Positions 14,301 to 23,699 of a stretch of DNA of 64,000 bases are shown one piece after another (the stretch's first letter is position 1; the number at the start of each line of letters is the position of its first letter). A program made the position numbers and the translations under genes. Source of the DNA: Eukaryota sp. TZLM1-RC (taxonomy: Eukaryota > Protista > Metamonada: BaSk clade); assembly GCA_040285825.1 (NCBI GenBank), contig JAUPSS010000003.1:3286001-3350000 (forward strand), in the 5' to 3' direction. The notes beneath the pieces were generated by a model that made no database searches, had not been told where the DNA came from, and worked only from the letters and a program-made list of their open reading frames with translations.

Positions 14301-15602
14301 TAAAGTCGCTTGAAATATCTTGACTGTTTTTCTTTTTGGATTTTTTGAAGTTATTATCAAACAAATTTGCCTTTCTTCGCCGGCAATGGTACACTTGATA
14401 CCCTCGCCTTGTTCTGTCATAAAAGAAAAGAGAACGATACCGGGATTCGAACCCTGCACCTTGTTGTTAACAGTACGACCATTGAACCCATTCCACTGTG
14501 AGTGGCAAAATTTTTGCAAATTTTCCTCAAATTTTTGACTGCCAAGGACTTCCACTGAATCCACAAAGCTTCCAATTTTGAACCACATACTGATACCCCA
14601 ACCACCACTCAACCATTTATCAATAACAGGTACTTGAATGCCAGACGACACTCCATCAAACCCAAAGAAGGAGATAGGCCCTTCATGATCAATTAATGCA
14701 GTTCCACACAAGAGATTCAGCACTTGATGGTATAAGGAAGGACGGTAGATTTGGTTATTAATAGACTTGCTCTTTAGTAGAGAGAAGAGCATTTTCAGTT
14801 GAGACACTGAAAGAGAATGTGAAGCCAGAGACTCTAGCAAAGAGAAATATAAGGAAATCGACTCGTGATCAGGATCTGATGACGTGATAAGGTTAATAAT
14901 GACGTCAACTGCCCCAGAATGGCATAAAAATGACCTATTATGAGATGAACTGGAAGAAAAATCAACAAGTGTAGTGAGTAAATAACTTTGGGCAGATTGT
15001 TCTAAATTGGGGATTATTTTTAAAACAAAAATGACACCATCACTGTTTCGAATTATATGAGATTTGTCACCTAAAAACTTGCGTTCTAAAAATAGAAACA
15101 AAAGTACATCTAATGTTGACCGCGAAGAAAGAAATTCTCGGGAGAAAGATTCCAAAATAGTATCAGAGAGTTTATCATAGAACCCGGTTTCCAATGCCCA
15201 TTTCTTGTTGGAAACAGAGTGTTCAAGAAGAACCACGATGAAATGAAACAATAAGTGAAAGATTACATGGTTCTGATAACACGAGAGTGAGGTTAAGACG
15301 CTGTCAAAAGCACCATTCTCTCTAAAAGAACGTTGGTGATGACTTTTGTGAGTTTTGATTATGGTAACTGCTGCGACAATTGCCGTTTTGACAGCATCTT
15401 CGTCTTGACATCTAGACTTCATGACAAGACATTGGAGGAGTGCTTTGATATATGGAGATTCTTTGGAATTGAGATGGTCATCCTTGAGATTGGGGAATGA
15501 ACAAAGTAGTGAAACAAAGTGACCAGAGGCAGTGTCACGGGTGTCAGGATTATAAAAGAGGTCTAGTAGATCATCAGGTGAAGGGACATCTGTATTGGCC
15601 AT
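8328..15602 (-). CDS. BEACH-domain protein (neurobeachin/LYST-like; PH-BEACH-WD40), 2424 aa, intronless
   Basis: [38 protein letters not shown] and [14 protein letters not shown] BEACH motifs; upstream PH segment [13 protein letters not shown]; C-terminal WD repeats ([21 protein letters not shown]). Confidence 0.95.
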   Translation of the reverse strand: [2424 protein letters not shown]

Positions 15603-15669
15603 TATACTTTAACAGTTTTCATCTGAGCATTTTACTTCTATTGCTGATTCCATATACTCTCTTAATGTT

Positions 15670-16693
15670 TTTATTCATTTAACAAGAAATATGAAAACAT
15701 AAAATACACAACTAAAACTCCACCTCCTCAAAAAATGCCTCCCCTACATCAAAACAATTAGTTGCTAACGATTCAGAAAATTTCCCAAAGGAAGAGAGTA
15801 AATCAGAAATTAGTTTTACCATTCCCTTGAAAATAGAAAAAACAATCCTGTTTTACCAGTAAACACGATTGAAATTTCTTTCAGTTCTTTCCTTTACAAC
15901 TACAACAAAATCCTCAAAAAAGCCATAGCACCCTTACCCAGAGATCCAAGCAACGAAAAAACAAAGGAACATAAATTATGTTGGGCATGAGAATTTTCAT
16001 TAACTGAGGAAATGGGTTTCGCATATTTAGCAATTTCATATTTTTCGCCAGCAAGAAGAGGATTATTTACATCTGCGTTAATGAAATGTTCGTTAGAAGA
16101 ATTACAAGGGTCAATGGACATGGCGTCTGAAATAGTAAAACTACCATTTAAACAGGAAACAACTAGATCGCTTCTTTTCAGACACATAGAAGCTCTGTTG
16201 TAGCGCGTACTATCAATACTGGGGTCATCAAGCATTAATTTTGATAACAACGGCTCTAAAATAGAATCTACTCGATATGATTTGCACATTACTTAAATTT
16301 GGTCCCTGATATTATTATGCACTTTACTTCTAAATGTAACGAAACGTTTACAGTTCAACAGATGAGTAAACAAAAGAGGTTCTCCACATTTACTTGTTAA
16401 ATGATGGGGCAAATTGTTTGAAAATAGAAAATAACGAAAACGCATGTTTGAAAGCCATTCATTGTTTTTTAACAAAAGTCCATAAACAGAGGGAATTTAA
16501 GTTACTAAAGCAGCAGCAGAACTATCACGAATGTCCTTTTAAAAATTTCCAAAAGCGGGATTTTCAGTTTTGGCCAAGCCAAGTCTTACTTCATAATCCA
16601 AGCTTTCATATAATTTAACAAGATGGTGCTGAAGCTTTTTCAGGCAAAAAGGTAAATTTGGAAGTGATTGGTTGGGAATTTCTTGAACATTGG
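15670..16693 (-). mobile_element. RLE-type non-LTR retrotransposon 3' remnant (family B)
   Basis: Close nucleotide match to 53160-54170, with stops and frameshifts. Confidence 0.85.
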
Positions 16694-17359
16694 CCTCCCT
16701 TAAACTGTCACTATTTTCTTTTCCTTTGGACTTTGATGCCTCATTCAACAGTCCTTCAACTTCTGCCCAGGCTTTCTTATCTTTGAAACTCGTGGAGACT
16801 CTACACCTATTTCATCCCTTTCATTAAACGATCATTTTTTTAGCTGTTGATGACGTTCCTCCAGAACCTGACAGTCCAAAGTGTATCAATAAAACTATCT
16901 GGTCAATATTGGCTAATGAAATCAACTACAAATTATATATTAGAACTCATAGACCATCTGTGAGTTTGGGCCTTTAAGTTGGGTTTATCTTATGACTAAC
17001 ACGGTATCATTTTCTATTTGTAAATATTCTGATGATTTTTATTATGAAATGTAAAGTAATTCATCACGTATATCAATAATGTCGTTTGAATCTCAGAGCT
17101 AGAGTGTACATCCATGTTGCAAAATAAACTAAATCAGAATCAACAATAATTATTACTAAAAAAACTTAGACTTTCGATGACTTTGATTGAGGAATTGACC
17201 AATTGTTGCAAATGTTCAGAAGGATTAAACAAGTCGTACACCATAAATGGAGTTAGTGTCATGGTAGAAAAACCACCATCAGTAGTAAGAGAGGGTGTGT
17301 GTACAGAAAAGTCAAGACAAAGGAAGGAAACTAGGATAAGTAGGAGAGATGAATTGAGA

Positions 17360-18075
17360 ATATTGGATTGTATTCTATACGTGAATACTGATGATTGTTC
17401 CGTAAGTATATTATTTAGGGAGTCAGCATCAAACCAAGGTGACATTGGTTCAAGCTTGTCCGGTTCTGAGCTGTCCTTCTGCTCCATATATTCTCTGAAG
17501 TAAGTGAAAGCTCCCCCTGCGAGCTACGTATAGATGTGAATCGTAGTTTTGAATCTGATAATAAACAAGGCAGGCATTTTGGACAGTAGGATGTCCTATT
17601 TTTTGCTCAATGGAAATTATCCCTATTCTCCTACCGAACTGGTCCAATAGAGAAGCCTTACAATGATCTGGCTCAATGATGGAAGTGGCCATGATCTCAT
17701 TTACCCGTTTGTTCATTCCTGAGATTCTGTGACGTCATTCTGCGCTTCATCCGTAAGTTTATCTACTCAATATGTCAAGAGCTTTTATGAGTTCAAATTT
17801 TTTGTTTAGCGGAATTTCTAATTAACTTCGGCTAACCTTAATCTGGGGACCAACATTTCAGAGTCAAAGATGTCTTTCTGAAGGATGTCTGACATTTTGC
17901 TGATACCTTGCTGATGGCTGTTAATAATGAATCATCTTAGCTTTTACTGTAGTTATGTGCGGTATACCTTTTGATTTAACTTTGGTTCAATAATAATATT
18001 GATGCCTCAGGTCGTGAAGTTAAGAAAATTTGATTTATTTTCTATTCATATTATATCAGCCTAACGGCGCCAACC
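17360..18075 (-). mobile_element. Truncated 5' part of a Gypsy element of the same family as 1-6887, with 76-bp 5' LTR at 18000-18075
   Basis: DSSEPDKLEP..PWFDAD.LNNI matches ORF 465-1241; LTR matches 6809-6887. Confidence 0.8.
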
Positions 18076-18450
18076 AAAGGACATAAGGAGTATGCGATTC
18101 AGCATTCAAGAAAGCAACTTTGTTTTATATTTATCAATTTTAATGTTTTCGGCAATACTTAAACCATTCTTGTATTTTGACTGAGCTAACGATATAAAAG
18201 AATCATTACACACATCAGTTGATCTCACATCAGTAATGACAATCGTCCCTTCAAAACCTTGAAGCATTAAAACACCTCTATTTCGACCAAAAGAACTCGA
18301 AATATCTTCATTAACCAAACGAGAGATTAATGGTTCTAAAAAAGAAACAATTCTGTGTGACTTTGACATACAACAGAGTTGATCTGTAACTGCTTCATGT
18401 TTTCCTAAAATTGTAATGTGTTTACTAGACCTGTGTTTGATAATTCTGTG
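18076..18450 (-). mobile_element. RLE-type non-LTR fragment
   Basis: HEAVTDQL..SFLEPL..RG...ITDVRS, similar to the endonuclease region of families A/B. Confidence 0.6.
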
Positions 18451-18454
18451 GAGA

Positions 18455-19559
18455 TGTTGTTGTTGAACTCAAATTGAATTAGTAGGTTTCTTTGTATTTC
18501 GACTGATGACGTGATACTCATTTATGAATCAGTTTTATTAATAAACTCAGATTTCTCTCTCTCTCCTTCGTGTGTTCATCTGCCTAACGGCATCAATAAT
18601 TATTGGCCCTTCTTATTTCAGATGATTGTTCCTTCTGTCAACCTCCCGTCTCTTTCTTCCATGAAAGTTGAAAGTGTTCTCTTGTTCCTACAAGAGTGGA
18701 AGATCTATTCTTCTGTGACTTCTAAGAAAGAGCTTGTTCCAGCAAGACTCTTGGTCGATTCTTTTCTGTTAGAGTCCCTATCTCTCCAGAAATCCGACGT
18801 CTCTTCCAGTGACGATGTTCTTCTTAGACATCTTCAATCTGTCGTATCGTTCGCCACGTACGAAGATTTTAGTCTGGCTATGTCAGAACTGAAGCTTGAT
18901 GTCCGTATTGGTGACGTCCGAGAACGTATGTCCTGTTACCTGCGACGTTTCCTCCAGGTAAAGAGTAGGGCTTCCGGACTGAAGTTACCAGACACAGCTT
19001 TTCTGAATCGATTTGCCAGAGGAATTCTTCCCGTAGGTCTTCAACGTTCTCTACTAGCGAGAATTCGAGATGATGTATTCCCAGATCTTCACTCTCTTGT
19101 CGAAACCACTACTGATGAGCTGTTGGACTGCTCTAGGGTTGCTTCATGGACTCGTGGTTTCAAAACCTCAGTGAATGATGTGGAACGTACGGCTGGCACT
19201 AAAACGAGGTCCTCTTGGCGCTCTCAGGATTTAAAAAATCAGTCGTGCTTCAAGTGCCACAAGCCTGGACACATCTCCCGCGATTGTCCAACTAAAATCA
19301 AACATGAGGTAAATTATTTGTGTCACACAAACGATGCACCAAAGAGTTTAACAAACCCCATATCTTCCCTCTATTGAGACAGTACTGTATTTGTCCTCAG
19401 AAAAGTGGGAAAAAGTAGTGTTGTTGTTGAACTCAAATTGAATTAGTAGGTTTCTTTGTATTTCGACTGATGACGTGATACTCATTTATGAATCAGTTTT
19501 ATTAATAAACTCAGATTTCTCTCTCTCTCCTTCGTGTGTTCATCTGCCTAACGGCATCA
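18455..19559 (+). mobile_element. Intact non-autonomous gag-only LTR retroelement, 1105 bp
   Basis: Two apparently identical 141-bp LTRs (18455-18595, 19419-19559; TG...CA); 4-bp TSD GAGA (18451-18454, 19560-19563); PPT 19399-19418; single internal gag ORF. Confidence 0.95.
18622..19377 (+). CDS. Gag protein with CCHC zinc knuckle, 251 aa from the first ATG
   Basis: CFKCHKPGHISRDC knuckle; capsid-like Y..RF / RFARGI segment; uninterrupted ORF between the LTRs. Confidence 0.88.
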   Translation: MIVPSVNLPSLSSMKVESVLLFLQEWKIYSSVTSKKELVPARLLVDSFLLESLSLQKSDVSSSDDVLLRHLQSVVSFATYEDFSLAMSELKLDVRIGDVRERMSCYLRRFLQVKSRASGLKLPDTAFLNRFARGILPVGLQRSLLARIRDDVFPDLHSLVETTTDELLDCSRVASWTRGFKTSVNDVERTAGTKTRSSWRSQDLKNQSCFKCHKPGHISRDCPTKIKHEVNYLCHTNDAPKSLTNPISSLY

Positions 19560-19951
19560 GAGATTTTGTTTGAGATTTTCATTAAAAGAGTGAAACTTGA
19601 ATTGATTACCTTCTTTTATCAATTCACAACCAGTGTGACAAGGAGCCTAAAACGAGTTTTTGGCATTGTTTCATATATCAATTGCGGCTCAAGGTAATGT
19701 CAAAACAATAAAAGTGGCAAAATTAATAGAATTCCAAACATAATCCCTAATGTTACTATACTATCTATTGATTCAGCAGAGAGCAGAAACGATGGAGCTT
19801 GAAAACGAAGCTCAGGATATGAAAGAAATCAATTCTTTACCAATTTTTGAAAGAAAATATATTTAAATTAAACACATCAATTTAATTTATAAAAATCACA
19901 CCCCAGGTATTATACGCAGAGTTTGAAAAATTCTAAAAGTTCATAATTGGT

Positions 19952-22900
19952 CTAATTTCCGCGAACAGAATCAATGACGGTACCATTTTGTTCTGTCATT
20001 TTGGCAACAAACTGCTTTGAAAAAAATTGCTGAAACATTGAATTATGACTAACTGAAATAATCTGAGAGCAATCAATGATTTGCTTCAGCAATTGACCAA
20101 GTAAAACTTGATTCGTTTCATCTAAGGCTCCATCTATTTCATCCAATAAATACAAACTCTTTTTCGACGTCCTGGCAAGAGAAAGCAAAAAAGCTGTTGA
20201 TATCAAAGTTCTTTGGCCACCAGAGAGTGAAGTTAATCCTTCCCAATCAGAATAATCACCACTAGATACTTGAATTTCCACATCTGTTAAATATAAAGGA
20301 TCTGTATAATGAACTCGAATAGCTTTATTTGGAATTAATTTCCCAATAATCTTTGCCATGAAGGAATCCACAGCATCAATTACTGAACGGTTAGCATCAG
20401 CAATTTTCTCACGGTACTTCTCAATACCATCTTTCAACTTCGAAACAGCAATGTCTAGTGAATTCAATTGTTCATTAAATGAGTTTAGTTGTTTTTCTCT
20501 TTCAGTTTTTTCAACATTTGTAAGTGTTATTGATCTTGAATCGACTGAGCTAGAGAGCACTTCGATTTCAGCTTTGAGTGAACTAATCCTATTTTGAATT
20601 GTGGATTTATTTTCCAGAGTTGCTTCAACTTCATGTTCAGTCATGGACAGCTCATTGTTATTTTCGTGCAGTTGTTTAATCGTTGACTCCAGTTGAGTAA
20701 CTCTGTTTTCACAATCTTCCAAAGAAAGAGAATCATTGTACAACAGACTTGTTAGTGATGAGTCAGTTTCTTTCAATCCGTTGAGTTCATGTAAGATATT
20801 GGACATTTGTGTCTTGCAGTCATTTTGCTCAACATTAAAAGCATCTAAAATGGGCTTATTTTCATCAATGAAGTGAGTCAATCCATCAATTTGCTCACTT
20901 AGATCCTCAGGCTCAGTTGATTCACTTGCTTCATCTAATGACATTTGGGTTTTGTGTAGGTCCTTGTGCAATTTTTCCAGTAATTTTTGATCATTTAATA
21001 CAGAGTCGGTCAGTTGTTGAATAACATTATCTTGACAATTATTTTGTGACTTCTTCAATAGGCCAATTTGCTGATTAATTTGTGTCTGTTCAGCTTTCAA
21101 TGTAGTCACTTTAGACTGTAATTGTTGCAATCCTTCCAAAGAATAACTTTGAAGTGTTTCATATTCAAGACGAAGTTCTTCATGGGATCTTAACTCATTA
21201 GCTTTAATAGTCGATTGATTTTTGATAGCAGATAATTGGAAACGAACATTGTCTAGTTGAGCAGCACAACGATGATACTCCTGCTTTTGCTGACTTTGTG
21301 CCAAATAATGTGTTACATATGAGTTTTGCCTAGTTTGCTTCTTTGTGAATGACACACTTGATTTAGAATGTACTATACCATTAATTGTGATTACTCTGTA
21401 ACCAAGATTGGTTAATCTTTCAGTATGTCTTTCATCCTCAACAAACACAGTGTTTGAAATTAGTCTCTTAATTGCTGGAACAAATACAGAGTCATTTGCC
21501 TTGATTAAAGTAGCAGGATCAGTTACTGAATAATCAGTGGGAAAAGTTTTTCCACGATTGTCAAAGGAAAGCTTGTCAAGGGACCAAATTCTGACTGTAC
21601 CAAATTTTTGAGACAGCTCCTTCATCATTTGAGCAGATTCGTCAACAGAAAAACTGAGAAAAACGTTTAAGAAAGGTTCAATTAATGCATAAACTGCAGT
21701 TGACCACTTCCCAAAATCAATGTTTTCAATAATAGTACCAACTGTTTTATATCTTGTGTTGAGCGAAGCAATTGATTTGAATGTTGAAAGGTTCTTTAAG
21801 TTATCTTCAAGGTCAACTTTGTTTTGTGTAAGTGTAGCAATAGTTGATTCAAGTTCACTTATGGATTGGCGAATCAGACCTTCACCATCCAGTTTATCAA
21901 GCTGTTCCTTCAAATAGGTTTGTCTTGCAAGAGAAGCACTATATTCTTCAACTTCAAGGTTTCCATTGCTTAGGTCTTCGTCCAACTCATGCTTTCTCTC
22001 CAATAACCCTTGAAGTTCTTGGTCAACAACATTATTAATGTCATTAGATGTTGAAATGTTTTTGAGAACTTCTTCATTAGCCTGAATTTTTTGCTGTAAA
22101 GACGTAATGTCTTGTCTTAAATGTGATTCCTTTAATTTCAGTTGATTTCTATAATGTTCACTACTCTTGGTGTCCTCTATGTTTTGTTGTTGATGATGGA
22201 GTAGCAATTGCTTCTTCTTTTCAGCCATTGTCAATTCATGATCTTTTTCCTTAATTAAAGACTCAAGTTTTGTTGACCTTTGATCCATTGAATTGACTTT
22301 AGCTCTTGATTGTTCTATTAAAGAAGTGATTTCTTTCGATTTTGACCTATTTCTTTCCAGTAATGTGTTTAAATCGTTGCGTTTTTGAAGTAAAGTATGC
22401 AATTCATCCTTAAGTGATTGTAACTTTTTTTGGTCTTCAAATCTCTCCAACTTCAAAAGTTTCTTTTCTTGATTTTGAAATTCATCGGAAAGAGACTGCT
22501 TCTTCAATACCAGATTTCTTGAGTCTTCAAAAGCAGAAATTGATCTCTTTAATTCAGAAATGTTCTTTTCAACCATTTTATGTGCGTCTCTAGCCTTTTC
22601 CAGTTCGCTTTCAGCCTCCCTTCTTGCAATTTCAAACTGAGAAGCACCTGATGCAGTTGAAATGAATCCAGCCAAAACTTCTGGTTTACTGGTACAAAGA
22701 GCAGTGACTGCTGACTGTCGGACAACCATAAGGGAGGAGGTGAGGTCAAGGTCGTTTGTGAGTAAAAACTTCTTGAGTTCAGCAGGAGATAGTCCTCGCC
22801 CGTTCAGCTTGTAAAGTCTGGAAGGTTTGTCTTGAAACATCTTTACGTTAAGATTGTATTCTTTTTCAGGGTAGGGGTTGTTTTGGACATCTTGGTTTCT

Positions 22901-23143
22901 GAAATGTAGGGTAACTTCTGCACAGTTAGCACCATTGGCAGTACGTCGTGTGAAGAGTTCAGATAAGTTTGGGACACGGAGGTTATGATGTTGTTCAGAT
23001 AGCGCGAAACAGATAGCATCGAGAATGTTAGACTTTCCAGAACCGTTTGGACCACAGATGCAGTTGGTATGATGGTGAAAAGGTCCAAGGACAACCTTCT
23101 CTAGCGATTTGAACCCTCTTATTGACACAGAATGTAGAAACAT
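19952..23143 (-). CDS. SMC-family ATPase, SMC2-like (divergent), ~1063 aa
   Basis: GFKS; Walker A GPNGSGKSNILDAICF; two coiled coils around a hinge-like region; LSGGQR signature; YLLDEIDGALD Walker B/D-loop. Start taken at ATG 23143 (MFLHSVSIRGFKS). Confidence 0.85.
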   Translation of the reverse strand: MFLHSVSIRGFKSLEKVVLGPFHHHTNCICGPNGSGKSNILDAICFALSEQHHNLRVPNLSELFTRRTANGANCAEVTLHFRNQDVQNNPYPEKEYNLNVKMFQDKPSRLYKLNGRGLSPAELKKFLLTNDLDLTSSLMVVRQSAVTALCTSKPEVLAGFISTASGASQFEIARREAESELEKARDAHKMVEKNISELKRSISAFEDSRNLVLKKQSLSDEFQNQEKKLLKLERFEDQKKLQSLKDELHTLLQKRNDLNTLLERNRSKSKEITSLIEQSRAKVNSMDQRSTKLESLIKEKDHELTMAEKKKQLLLHHQQQNIEDTKSSEHYRNQLKLKESHLRQDITSLQQKIQANEEVLKNISTSNDINNVVDQELQGLLERKHELDEDLSNGNLEVEEYSASLARQTYLKEQLDKLDGEGLIRQSISELESTIATLTQNKVDLEDNLKNLSTFKSIASLNTRYKTVGTIIENIDFGKWSTAVYALIEPFLNVFLSFSVDESAQMMKELSQKFGTVRIWSLDKLSFDNRGKTFPTDYSVTDPATLIKANDSVFVPAIKRLISNTVFVEDERHTERLTNLGYRVITINGIVHSKSSVSFTKKQTRQNSYVTHYLAQSQQKQEYHRCAAQLDNVRFQLSAIKNQSTIKANELRSHEELRLEYETLQSYSLEGLQQLQSKVTTLKAEQTQINQQIGLLKKSQNNCQDNVIQQLTDSVLNDQKLLEKLHKDLHKTQMSLDEASESTEPEDLSEQIDGLTHFIDENKPILDAFNVEQNDCKTQMSNILHELNGLKETDSSLTSLLYNDSLSLEDCENRVTQLESTIKQLHENNNELSMTEHEVEATLENKSTIQNRISSLKAEIEVLSSSVDSRSITLTNVEKTEREKQLNSFNEQLNSLDIAVSKLKDGIEKYREKIADANRSVIDAVDSFMAKIIGKLIPNKAIRVHYTDPLYLTDVEIQVSSGDYSDWEGLTSLSGGQRTLISTAFLLSLARTSKKSLYLLDEIDGALDETNQVLLGQLLKQIIDCSQIISVSHNSMFQQFFSKQFVAKMTEQNGTVIDSVRGN

Positions 23144-23699
23144 GGAAACAGAAAAGATGCAGGGAAAGTCGGACAATTGTGCACATGTTCAAATAATGTT
23201 TGGATCAACGACAAATACAACACTGTGTTCTGTATGTTCTGATTCATTATGGATTGAAGATGGTCGATAGAAGTCATAACATCATTGTGTTCTAGTATTA
23301 ATGAATGGTTCATAATAATGTGGTCACTTCTGTTGATAATCAGAATTGCCTCATCAACAAATTGGTGAGCAAACCATGCACTCCATCACCTTCCAGAAGG
23401 GGTATAAAACAAATGTAGTTCGTTCAAGAACACCAACAACCATTGTGTCGTTGACATGTTTCTCTAATGAGATTTGTATTAAATTTTGAAAAACAATTAA
23501 ATAGCGGTCAAGGATCATTTTCGAATGGAATTTAAGAGATTCCTTAAATTTCAGAAAGTTTAGTTCAGAAAGGAGTACTTCACATAAATAAATTAATGCA
23601 ACATTTTCTAGATACTCCTAAATCTAACTGGATTTCCTGGGGAGAAAAAACTCAAAAAATGAGGAGCAGGCTATTGAAATTAAATCATTACTTTCCACT

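Noticed and set aside
8621-14608. Short antisense or overlapping ORFs within BEACH (and likewise in the SMC and coiled-coil genes)
   Set aside because: Shadow ORFs of long coding sequences, with no independent evidence.
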